From the IMG/VR virus record IMGVR_UViG_3300031848_000027, positions 1 through 30,251 of that record: a stretch of DNA of 30,251 nt, one strand, 5' to 3'. Each line of letters begins with the position of its first letter. Positions within the stretch are counted from its first letter, which is position 1. This document shows, in pieces, positions 15,639 through 24,288 of this stretch. The position numbers and the translations under genes are program-made. A model generated the notes under the pieces. That model was not told where the DNA came from, made no database searches, and saw only the letters and a program-made list of their open reading frames with translations. This DNA is from a virus (lineage: Duplodnaviria > Caudoviricetes).

Positions 15639-16004
15639 CTATGTAATTTCCATTATTGATAATGTTCCAGAAAGTTTATCTGCTACTGAACAATCAATTT
15701 TAAGTGAGTCTGTTGTTTCTAAAACAACTTTTCCACCAGATAAAAGTTCTAATGAACTTCCAGATGGAATTGTTACACCTTTGACCAATTGTGATATTCC
15801 ATTAGCAACATTATTGTTACCATTTCTATTTGCTGTATCACTAACTAACGCAACATCTGCTGTTACAGCAGTTGTGTGAATGTTAGCCAATACCAATCCC
15901 AAAACAACTGTTGTTGTATTAGATGCCACAGTGTACATTGCATAAGGAGTCCCAGCACTAGCTGGTTCTGCTGCAAATGTTACTGTCTTAAATGTGTTTG
16001 CCAT
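15639..16004 (-). CDS. Small beta-rich tail-associated protein (121 aa)
   Basis: Follows the tail fibre ending in AIALG; AGGAG RBS; paralog of 12536..12871. Confidence 0.7.
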   Translation of the reverse strand: MANTFKTVTFAAEPASAGTPYAMYTVASNTTTVVLGLVLANIHTTAVTADVALVSDTANRNGNNNVANGISQLVKGVTIPSGSSLELLSGGKVVLETTDSLKIDCSVADKLSGTLSIMEIT

Positions 16005-16028
16005 TTATTATTTTCTCCTTGTTATTAA

Positions 16029-19000
16029 TTATCCTAAAGCTATTGCTAAAGAAGTTGCATCTCCAGCTGTTGCTAAAGCCTGTCCGTTTGCTGTTACTGT
16101 TCCAGCTATAGTTACATTACCAGAGCTATCACCACTAATCCAAGTAGTAGTTGTACTTCCATCATTACCAGCTATTTTTAATTGTCTATCTCCTGTTGCA
16201 CTATCAGCATTAACATGACCAATAATTACATTTCCAGATCCAGAAGTAATATTAAAACCAGAATTTCTTCCTACTCCAGTATTTGTATTACCAGTAGTAT
16301 TGTTTAATGCTTGATAGCCTAATCCAGTATTGTAACTACCACTTGTTGTATCATATAAAGCAGCATTGCCAATCCCAGTATTTCCAAGACCAGTCAGTGT
16401 ACCTCTTAAAGCAGACCAACCTAAAGCTGTGTTATCATCTCCTGAAGTTATTGGGTACATTGCGTCAATACCAACAGCAGTATTTCTTCTAGCAGAACTT
16501 AAAGTTCCTGTGTGTGAATGACCAACTATTAAACTATCTGTGAAATTTGTTCCTTCAACTTTACCTGGTACTGCAAGGAATGTAGCATCTTTACCATCAA
16601 GTAAATTAATTTCTGCTGCTGTTGATGTTACGCCATCAAGTATATTTAACTCAGCTGTAGTTGACGTTACTCCGTCAAGAATATTTAATTCAGCGGCAGT
16701 TGAGGTTACTCCATCTAATATGTTTAATTCTGCTGCTGTAGATGTTACTGCTGTGCTTGCTATTGAAAGAGCATCTGTTTCTAGTGTTCCATCAACATCA
16801 ACATTACCAGAAATATCTAAACTAACTGCTGCTACTTCTGCTGGGAAAGTTAGATTACCAGAACTATCTCCAGTAATCCAAGTTGTTCTAGTTGAGCCAT
16901 CATAACCATGTATTTCTAATACTCTTGAGCTTGTGTTGCCAGTTGTTCCTAAATCTCCACCACCAATAATTACTTTTCCATTACCAGAACTGTGATGACG
17001 ACCAGCATTTTCTCCTATGTATATATTCCTATTTCCAGTTCCATTTTTTCCAGCTTGATAACCTACGCCTACATTACTAATTGTACTTGTCACATTAGGT
17101 AAAGATCCATCACCAATAGCTGTGTTTTGAACACCTGAATTAATTAGTGAAGCAGAAGCATATCCCAAAGCAGTATTGCTATCACCAGATGTTAATGCAT
17201 CTAAAGCCTGAATTCCAACTCCAGTATTTAAATTAGCATTATTCAAAGTTCCTGTAGTAGCATGACCAATTAATAAAGAGTTTGTAAAATTAGTTCCACC
17301 AACTTTACCAGGAATCAATTCTCCTGTAACATTAGGTAATGTCGATACTGTTGAACTACCTACTGAGTGAGGTTGTGCTTTTAGTTGTTGACCATGTGAA
17401 TTACTTTCACAATTAAATTGTATAGTACCTGGATTACTATTACCTCTAATAGTTACATGACCTGTACCTTTTGCTAATAAATCTAAATCAATATTTGAAC
17501 CACTTCCTGTAGCTGATAACTTTGGATCACTTGTAATAGTTAATCCAGCTGTAACAAATGTTGATCCGTCAAAAGTTAAATTAGCTTCTCCGTTTAAACC
17601 AGCTGCGCCTGTGTAGGTTGCTATTCTGTTATTTGCTCCATTAGCTGTAGAAGTAATTGCAGCAGCAGCACTTGATTGCCAAGCTATATCTGTTCCATCA
17701 GAAGTTAGTACTGTACCAGCTCCACCTTTAGTTAAAATTGCTGTAGCTGCACTAGGATTACCATAAATAAGACTTCCTCTGCTTACAGCATCTAATTTAT
17801 TTAGCTCTGTTGTAGTTGAAGTTAATCCATCTAAAATATTTAATTCAGCAGTTGTAGATGTGACACCATCTAAGATATTTAATTCAGTAGCTGTAGAAGT
17901 TACTGCTACATTCTCATTTACTTTTGGTGAGTTTAAAGTTTTATTTGTTAAAGTTTGTGTTCCAGAAAGTGTAGCCACAGTTGAATCAATTGAAAGTGTT
18001 CCAGTAGAAGTAATAGTTCCACCATTAATACCTGTTCCTGTTGCAATAGAAGTTACTGTGCCTGAATTGCTTGGAGTTATAACTGTGTAAGTAATTGCTG
18101 TTGATCCTATTGATCCATTAGAATCTGTAGTACATAAAAATATTTTATTATCATTAACACTACCTTGATTAACTACAATCATTCCACCAGATAGTTCTGC
18201 AATAGTATCATGTTCTGGATCTCTTGATGCTGCACCAGCACCATTTGCTACTGCAATATATAATCCATTTGCTGTTGCTGTACTTTGATTCTTTAATAAT
18301 ATTCTATCTCCTGCAACTAAAGTTATACCATCTATTGTATCACCAGCTTCTAAACCATTTGATATATTTACATTTGCTGTTGAAGCACATTCTGCAATAA
18401 GTCTAGTTCTTAAACCAGCAACTGATTGGTCAACATAAGATTTAGTAGCAGCATCTGCATTATTTGATGGCTCACCTAAACCTGTAACTGAACCACCAGA
18501 TATAGAAACATTGTTTGCTGCTTGTGTTGCAACAGAACCTAGTCCTAAAGAAGTTCTAGCAGTAGATCCATTTTCAGCTACCCATGTTGATCCATTTCCA
18601 ACAATTAAATTACCATCTGTTCTTGCTAAATTACCAATAGCAGTTAAGTTTGCATTACTAGTTTGTAATCCATTTATTTGAGTTTGAATAGAAGATGACA
18701 CTCCATCAAGAAAGCCAAGCTCTGTAGATGTAACATCACTAACTTCTACTTTACCAGATCCATTTGATGTTAAGGCTCTTGAAGCAGTTAAATTTTCTGT
18801 ATCAATAGTAGTTGCAGCACCAGTAATAGTTTGTTGTTTGCTATTTAATTGAGTTTGAATAGCTGAACTAACGCCATCTAAATATCCTAGCTCTGTAGAT
18901 GTAACATCACTTACAGCAATTTTTTGAGAACCATTAGATATAACTGCTCTATTCGCTGTTAAACTTTCTGTATCAATTGTTGAAGCTGATCCAGTAATAG

Positions 19001-20030
19001 TCTGTTGTTTAGAATTTATTTGAGTTTGTATAGCACTTGTAACCCCATCAAGATGACCTATTTCAGTTGAGGTAACAGCACTAACAGATACATCTCCACT
19101 ACCATCAGATACTAAAGCTCTTGCAGTTGTAAGATTTTCTAATTTAGATAAAGAAATTGCAGCACTAGAATTAATATCTGCATTAACAATTGAGTCATCT
19201 ACAATTTTAGCTGAATTAACTGAGTTACTTGCCATTTTAGCAAGAGTAATTTGAGAATCAGCTATGTGCTGCGAATCAATACTTGCGTCCACATAATGCT
19301 CAGAGTTTATTGAGTCATCAGCTATCTTTGATCCATTAACTGAATCTGCTGATAAGTGAATTAAATCTACGCTGCCATCTACATATTGATCTGAGTCAAC
19401 AGAGTTTGCTGCCATCTTATCAACTGTGATTTGTGAGTTTGCAATATGAGCTGTGTCTATTGAAGAATCCACATACTGGTCAGAGTCAACAGAATTATCT
19501 GCCATCTTGGCAACTGTAACATTATTATCTAAAATTTTAGCAGTAGTAACTGCATTGTTGGCAATATTAGCTGTACCAATAATTTCTGTTGGAATAGATG
19601 AATTAGTTTTTGATAAAGCACCAATATAAATTCTTAATGCGTTTGATGAAGAACCTAAGTTACCACTATCAAAAGTAGCTGTAACTGTTTGTAATGTACC
19701 ATTATTAGAGGTTGCAGTTATTGATCCATAAACAAGACTATTATCTCCTTTTAAAACTTTTAATCTTCTACCAACATGATAGGTAGCACTAATATCTACA
19801 CTACTTGCTATTGTAAATTGAGTTGTTGAAACCCAAGCAGAAGTATAAGTACCTGATCCAACACCAATTTCAAACCATTGGCTATCATTTGCCAAATCTC
19901 TAGTGTTTTTCATTAAAGCCCTCAGGGCATTATTTAAATTTGAAGGGAGCATTCCTTCGTTGGTATCAATTCCATTTAAAGAAATGTTACTTGCTTGTGT
20001 TGTTGAATAATTTTTTATATTACTAGTCAT
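16029..20030 (-). CDS. Long tail fibre protein (1333 aa) with multiple internal repeats
   Basis: N-terminal EGM.PS.LNNA.R.LM head-binding-like motif, 10-, 57- and 13-aa repeats, DAATKSYVD motif, duplicated NTALG beta-roll module, AIALG C-terminus. Confidence 0.85.
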   Translation of the reverse strand: MTSNIKNYSTTQASNISLNGIDTNEGMLPSNLNNALRALMKNTRDLANDSQWFEIGVGSGTYTSAWVSTTQFTIASSVDISATYHVGRRLKVLKGDNSLVYGSITATSNNGTLQTVTATFDSGNLGSSSNALRIYIGALSKTNSSIPTEIIGTANIANNAVTTAKILDNNVTVAKMADNSVDSDQYVDSSIDTAHIANSQITVDKMAANSVDSDQYVDGSVDLIHLSADSVNGSKIADDSINSEHYVDASIDSQHIADSQITLAKMASNSVNSAKIVDDSIVNADINSSAAISLSKLENLTTARALVSDGSGDVSVSAVTSTEIGHLDGVTSAIQTQINSKQQTITGSASTIDTESLTANRAVISNGSQKIAVSDVTSTELGYLDGVSSAIQTQLNSKQQTITGAATTIDTENLTASRALTSNGSGKVEVSDVTSTELGFLDGVSSSIQTQINGLQTSNANLTAIGNLARTDGNLIVGNGSTWVAENGSTARTSLGLGSVATQAANNVSISGGSVTGLGEPSNNADAATKSYVDQSVAGLRTRLIAECASTANVNISNGLEAGDTIDGITLVAGDRILLKNQSTATANGLYIAVANGAGAASRDPEHDTIAELSGGMIVVNQGSVNDNKIFLCTTDSNGSIGSTAITYTVITPSNSGTVTSIATGTGINGGTITSTGTLSIDSTVATLSGTQTLTNKTLNSPKVNENVAVTSTATELNILDGVTSTTAELNILDGLTSTTTELNKLDAVSRGSLIYGNPSAATAILTKGGAGTVLTSDGTDIAWQSSAAAAITSTANGANNRIATYTGAAGLNGEANLTFDGSTFVTAGLTITSDPKLSATGSGSNIDLDLLAKGTGHVTIRGNSNPGTIQFNCESNSHGQQLKAQPHSVGSSTVSTLPNVTGELIPGKVGGTNFTNSLLIGHATTGTLNNANLNTGVGIQALDALTSGDSNTALGYASASLINSGVQNTAIGDGSLPNVTSTISNVGVGYQAGKNGTGNRNIYIGENAGRHHSSGNGKVIIGGGDLGTTGNTSSRVLEIHGYDGSTRTTWITGDSSGNLTFPAEVAAVSLDISGNVDVDGTLETDALSIASTAVTSTAAELNILDGVTSTAAELNILDGVTSTTAELNILDGVTSTAAEINLLDGKDATFLAVPGKVEGTNFTDSLIVGHSHTGTLSSARRNTAVGIDAMYPITSGDDNTALGWSALRGTLTGLGNTGIGNAALYDTTSGSYNTGLGYQALNNTTGNTNTGVGRNSGFNITSGSGNVIIGHVNADSATGDRQLKIAGNDGSTTTTWISGDSSGNVTIAGTVTANGQALATAGDATSLAIALG

Positions 20031-20043
20031 AATTTTTTTGCTC

Positions 20044-20190
20044 CTAATTCATAAACCAACTAAAAGCTTTATTGCTTTCAGTATTATTTTTGTTAATTAA
20101 TGTATTTACTGCTTCTTCAATTTGTCTTTGAAAAAATTCTTTTGTTTCAATTGAGTAACGAACATTATCAATGTCAATTTTATCACTCAT
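20044..20190 (-). CDS. Small hypothetical protein (48 aa, not in track): MSDKIDIDNVRYSIETKEFFQRQIEEAVNTLINKNNTESNKAFSWFMN
   Basis: ATGA overlap with the upstream gene, GGAGGAG RBS, fills the gap before the tail fibre. Confidence 0.8.
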   Translation of the reverse strand: MSDKIDIDNVRYSIETKEFFQRQIEEAVNTLINKNNTESNKAFSWFMN

Positions 20191-22010
20191 CTATCTCCTC
20201 CTGGAACTGCTATTAAATCTACTCCTTGTGCATCACTCCAAATAGTTTCTGCTGGTATTTTTACATTAGCTCTAAAATATCTACCAGATTGTCTTACTGG
20301 ATTAATACCAGTATCATTCATTGCACTTGATGGTGATGTAGTAACTGTGTCTGCTAATTTATCTCTAGTTTTAATAGTTACATTTGATGTTGCATTAACT
20401 ATAGGTCTAATGTTTGTAATATTTGCTCTTTTTCCAGGAAACAATTCTGTTTCTTTTGTTTCAATTTCAGCTTCTAAATTTTTTCCAGAAAATATTGCAG
20501 CTTTAAAATCTTCATCAATTGCACCTAAATACAAATGTCCATTAGTCCAATATGAAGTATCTAATGAAATATTAATTGTATCTAAGTCAGCAGAAATAAC
20601 GTCCATTAACTCTACTGTGTCTACAACAATAAATTGTTTGAAAATTTGAGATGCTTTAACTTTAGCAACTGACCATTTTTGGGTTACATAATTATATATC
20701 AAAAGTTTGTCGCAAAGTCCTGTAACATTTGGATTATCTTTACTTGGGTATAACCAAATTGCTAAAGTATTAAATGGATCAACAGCAGCAGATATTCTAT
20801 CTGTATATGCTTTGTTTAAATCAGCATCAAAAAATCTATTTACTTTTTCTGCACCAATAGGTGTTACTTCATCTCCATTGATTTGAAAAAATCCATCAGA
20901 GCTATAAAAAAATACTTGTCTGTTATCCTGACAAACACCTTGAGAAAATACTGCTCCTCTATTTGGCGATATAACTGAAAATCTAAAAACTACATTTCCA
21001 CCAACAAAGTCCATACGCACAATTTGATCTTGTCTAAAAACATAACCAATTTCACCACTTGTTATGGCTACAACTTCACCACCAGCACCTGGTAAATCTT
21101 GAAAATCTGATGAACTAACACCAGCTTCCCAAGTTGAAATGTCATTGATACCTGACCATGCAACTCTATTTTTTGCATTTTCTATATTACCTGTTACTAA
21201 AAAATCTCTTATGACACCACTGGTTCTAAATTTTGATGGTACAGTTCCAGATCCTGATGCTGTAACTAATGTTTGTAAATCAACAAATGATGATGACGTA
21301 CCCATTAAAAAATATTGAGGTGCGTTCACTCCATTCGTTGCAATTACATGGTTTCCAAATTGAGTGAAGGTTACAAAATCAATATCTGATCCTAATAATG
21401 GAGTTCCACCAGAAAAATTTGTAGTTGTTAATCTTACAGTATCACTTGAAGCATTAATTAAATTATCTCTACCTGACGCTGCTCTTGTTACTGTTACAAT
21501 AGCATTTGATACTGTTGCTGTAAAATCAGCATGAGCATTGATAGCAACTTTTAAATTTGATGCAGTAGTATTTTCATTTGTTTCTACTTTAAACAGAGTT
21601 CCTGATGCTGTACTTTCTGTTGATGTAAAGACAACAATTGAGTTATCATTTTTTCTTAAAGTAATAGTTTTACCAGCTCCAATATTTCCATAATCAGAAA
21701 CTGTAATTGTGCATGATGCTTTAGCTGTATTTAGAAATAATCCACCAGCACCTTTATCTGTAAAAACACCACCAGCTAATTGATAAATAGTATCTTTAGT
21801 GGCTACGAATGTAAAAACTGTGTTGTTATTATCTCTAAAAGAACCAGCTCCTTTAGCATTTTTAGTTATGTTTGAAGTTCCTGTATATGGAACTAAACCT
21901 TTTACAGGCTTGTATGAAGTTGCTGCAAAGAAAACATTTGTTGCTACTGTTGCACCAGGATTTAAATGTTCTGGTTGATCTGGTAGCCATTCGCCAAAAG
22001 GTAATTGCAT
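20187..22010 (-). CDS. Tail nozzle / DNA stabilisation protein (P22 gp10 / T7 gp12-like)
   Basis: PFGEWLPDQP N-terminus, beta-propeller-like repeats (FTQFG, WSGIND), GRYFR C-terminus; follows the adaptor gene. Confidence 0.7.
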   Translation of the reverse strand: MQLPFGEWLPDQPEHLNPGATVATNVFFAATSYKPVKGLVPYTGTSNITKNAKGAGSFRDNNNTVFTFVATKDTIYQLAGGVFTDKGAGGLFLNTAKASCTITVSDYGNIGAGKTITLRKNDNSIVVFTSTESTASGTLFKVETNENTTASNLKVAINAHADFTATVSNAIVTVTRAASGRDNLINASSDTVRLTTTNFSGGTPLLGSDIDFVTFTQFGNHVIATNGVNAPQYFLMGTSSSFVDLQTLVTASGSGTVPSKFRTSGVIRDFLVTGNIENAKNRVAWSGINDISTWEAGVSSSDFQDLPGAGGEVVAITSGEIGYVFRQDQIVRMDFVGGNVVFRFSVISPNRGAVFSQGVCQDNRQVFFYSSDGFFQINGDEVTPIGAEKVNRFFDADLNKAYTDRISAAVDPFNTLAIWLYPSKDNPNVTGLCDKLLIYNYVTQKWSVAKVKASQIFKQFIVVDTVELMDVISADLDTINISLDTSYWTNGHLYLGAIDEDFKAAIFSGKNLEAEIETKETELFPGKRANITNIRPIVNATSNVTIKTRDKLADTVTTSPSSAMNDTGINPVRQSGRYFRANVKIPAETIWSDAQGVDLIAVPGGDR

Positions 22011-22022
22011 AATTGTTTCCTA

Positions 22023-22676
22023 TTATAAATTTGATACAAATGGAGAAGCTACTGATGTTGTAGTTCTTACTTGTAAAGGACTTCCATTGTATTCATCTTC
22101 TCTATCGTTTAATTCAAGTCGTTCCATAGCAGTTCCAAACATTTGTTGCCAAACTTGGACTTGTTGTGGATTGATACCACCTAAAAAGTTTGCTGCATGA
22201 AATAATGAGCCATATAAATATATAGCTGGGTGACTTTTTAAAATATAATTTGTTGCAACAGATGAACTCAAAGCTGGGAATTTTTTAAAGTAATTCATTT
22301 TAGCTGTGTAACTTGCATCTGGTTTGGGAGAGAATCTAATTGTATCTCCTAAAATTGTAAATGAACTTGGTCTACCAGTAGTTGATGTTCCACTTGTTGT
22401 GTCCATTGATGCTGGTGTTGTGTAGACTAAAGGAGTTTTTGTTTGACCACTTAAAATATAAAAATCTCTAATTTGTAAAAAGTCAACTGGTAGAGCAACA
22501 GTTTCTGCATCAACAGTTATGCTTACTTGATCTATCATACTTCTAACTCTTAATTTAGAGTTAAAATCAGCTTCTGCTAATTTAATAAAGTCATCACCTA
22601 TTTCAGTTGTTAAATCTGATCTGTTTAACCAGTTAGCAAGTGATGCTTTTAATTCTGTGTATGTAGTTAATGCCAT
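22023..22676 (-). CDS. Head-to-tail adaptor (tail tubular protein A-like)
   Basis: TYTELKASLANWLNRSDLT...FIKLAEA...LP.DFL...HP.IYLYGSL pattern. Confidence 0.75.
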   Translation of the reverse strand: MALTTYTELKASLANWLNRSDLTTEIGDDFIKLAEADFNSKLRVRSMIDQVSITVDAETVALPVDFLQIRDFYILSGQTKTPLVYTTPASMDTTSGTSTTGRPSSFTILGDTIRFSPKPDASYTAKMNYFKKFPALSSSVATNYILKSHPAIYLYGSLFHAANFLGGINPQQVQVWQQMFGTAMERLELNDREDEYNGSPLQVRTTTSVASPFVSNL

Positions 22677-23017
22677 TAATATTTACCCTCTGATGTTCTA
22701 AAATATCTAAACTCATTACTGTTTAGTTTTTCTTTTAAAATTTTTTTTTGTGTTTCTTGTGGTAAAGCAAACCAATTTCCTTTGTTTTGATCTTTATGAT
22801 ATTCCTTACACCAAATTTCAAGAACCATAGTTGGAATAGATGCTATTCTTTTTAATCCTTTACCAGGACTATAACCATCATTGTTATTATATAATTCTTT
22901 ATTGTTTTTTAAAATAGGTTCAACATCTATTGATCTTTTATGGACAACCCCATCTTTGTCATTATCAAAATAAGTTTCTTTAACATTTTTATCTATTTCT
23001 TCACTAATTTTTCTCAT
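22676..23017 (-). CDS. Hypothetical virion-module protein (113 aa)
   Basis: DVEPIL..NK...IASIP...E.W...LNS.EF..FRT..G; TAATG-coupled. Confidence 0.7.
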   Translation of the reverse strand: MRKISEEIDKNVKETYFDNDKDGVVHKRSIDVEPILKNNKELYNNNDGYSPGKGLKRIASIPTMVLEIWCKEYHKDQNKGNWFALPQETQKKILKEKLNSNEFRYFRTSEGKY

Positions 23018-23148
23018 TAACGACCACCACCTTTATATCTAGTAAGTTTCATATTTCTTTTTTCTGATTTGTTAAGATTTTTTTTGTGCTTACCTAATTT
23101 AGGTGGCTTATCTCTTGGTGTATAAGAGCTAAAATTTTGTCTAGCCAC
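23017..23148 (-). CDS. Small basic protein (43 aa, GTG start, not in track): MARQNFSSYTPRDKPPKLGKHKKNLNKSEKRNMKLTRYKGGGR
   Basis: TAGTG and TAATG overlaps on both sides; the C-terminal YKGGGR resembles the YRGQG ending recalled from marine phage micro-proteins. Confidence 0.78.
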   Translation of the reverse strand: MARQNFSSYTPRDKPPKLGKHKKNLNKSEKRNMKLTRYKGGGR

Positions 23149-23660
23149 TAGCCTGTCATTTCAGTAATAAATAAAGAACCATTTTCTGTTGATCTTATTA
23201 CTGATACTTTAGTATTTGGAGAAACTTTAAAAATTTCAAATTCTTCTGCTGATACAAACATATCATTAGCTGTTGCTGGTGTTACTGCTGTGTCTGAAAA
23301 AGTTAAAACAACATTATTACCAACACTTACATTTCCACTTAAAACTATTACTGTTGCGCTTGTAATACTTGCAACTGTTATAAGAGTTGAAATTCCAGTT
23401 CCTGTAACTACTTGACCAACTGTGATTGGAGCTAAACCAGGCACAACTGTATCAATAGTAATTGTTGCAGCTCCACTTACTGCACCATTCATTGTTGCCA
23501 CACCTTGAGCTGTACTTGTGCCAAATTTTACATGACAATCTGTAGTAGCTATTAATCTTAGATATTGACATTGACTCCCAACTGCACTTGAAGATGCTGC
23601 TGTTGCTGATGTTCCAATTTTTTGCGTTACACCTGGTCTTAAACCATAATTATATGACAT
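23148..23660 (-). CDS. Putative virion structural protein (170 aa, beta-rich)
   Basis: Thr/Val/Ala/Gly-rich; in the head module. Confidence 0.65.
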   Translation of the reverse strand: MSYNYGLRPGVTQKIGTSATAASSSAVGSQCQYLRLIATTDCHVKFGTSTAQGVATMNGAVSGAATITIDTVVPGLAPITVGQVVTGTGISTLITVASITSATVIVLSGNVSVGNNVVLTFSDTAVTPATANDMFVSAEEFEIFKVSPNTKVSVIRSTENGSLFITEMTG

Positions 23661-23764
23661 TAATATTTACCTTTCATTTTTTTTGATTTTTTTGTTTTTT
23701 TCTTTTTACCTTTTTTGGCTGGTCTGCCTTTTTTAGAACCATAAGTTCCCATTCCCATTGGCAT
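23660..23764 (-). CDS. Small Lys-rich protein with AT-hook-like motif (34 aa, not in track): MPMGMGTYGSKKGRPAKKGKKKKTKKSKKMKGKY
   Basis: AAGGA RBS, TAATG coupling, KKGRP core. Confidence 0.82.
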   Translation of the reverse strand: MPMGMGTYGSKKGRPAKKGKKKKTKKSKKMKGKY

Positions 23765-23791
23765 AATTTATTTCCTTTTAATTAATTGGTA

Positions 23792-23828
23792 TTTGTGGGG
23801 AAGTATCGCTAGACAAGATCCCCACAAA
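23792..23828 (-). terminator. Hairpin downstream of the 113-aa gene (terminator or processing site)
   Basis: TTTGTGGGGA / TCCCCACAAA 10-bp stem with a 17-nt loop; no good U-tract. Confidence 0.45.
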
Positions 23829-23836
23829 ATTTGTAA

Positions 23837-24178
23837 TTATCTTCTAATAATAAGAGTTACAGCCATAGCTGATGTATTTGTTGATCCACCATTAGTAATA
23901 AGTTCAACAGCACCATCTTCTTCAACTCTATTAGCACCAGTTGGAGCAACAGTTATAGTTCTGTTAGCTGATCCAGATGCTGTATGACTAATTGCACTAC
24001 CAGCAATTGCTGTTCCACCTATTTCAAAAGAGATAGCTGATGTGCCAGTAGTTACAACTGCATTGTGTGTAATAATTTTAATTATTCTTCCACCATCAGG
24101 TATAGCAACAAAAGTTGATGAACCAGCTGATACATTTGGTATTACACCAGTTATAAAATAATCGTTTAGTGTTCGCAT
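23837..24178 (-). CDS. Putative capsid decoration / minor head protein (113 aa)
   Basis: Small beta-rich protein immediately after the major capsid gene; AAGGA RBS. Confidence 0.55.
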   Translation of the reverse strand: MRTLNDYFITGVIPNVSAGSSTFVAIPDGGRIIKIITHNAVVTTGTSAISFEIGGTAIAGSAISHTASGSANRTITVAPTGANRVEEDGAVELITNGGSTNTSAMAVTLIIRR

Positions 24179-24251
24179 AGTATTTTCCTTTTTTTGTATT
24201 GCTTCGTTCCGATATTAAATCTTCAAAGAAAACAAAATTGTTAATTAAGTA

Positions 24252-24277
24252 ATAGTGGGGAGATTAATCCCCACTAT
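24252..24277 (-). terminator. Hairpin/terminator after the major capsid gene
   Basis: ATAGTGGGGA-GATTAA-TCCCCACTAT perfect 10-bp stem, 11 nt after the capsid stop. Confidence 0.65.
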
Positions 24278-24288
24278 AAATGTTTTGA

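Noticed and set aside
12536-16004. Diversity-generating retroelement or invertase shufflon acting on the tail cassettes
   Set aside because: There is no reverse transcriptase or serine invertase in the window, all repeats are direct, and no ~100-bp TR/VR pair with adenine-specific mismatches was seen.
16593-16742. CRISPR-like array from 39-nt periodic repeats
   Set aside because: The repeats are contiguous, in-frame, degenerate at third codon positions and have no unique spacers; they are a protein repeat.
24195-24232. Hammerhead ribozyme (UUGAAGA...GAA)
   Set aside because: It lacks the exact CUGANGA and GAAA cores and the three-stem junction.
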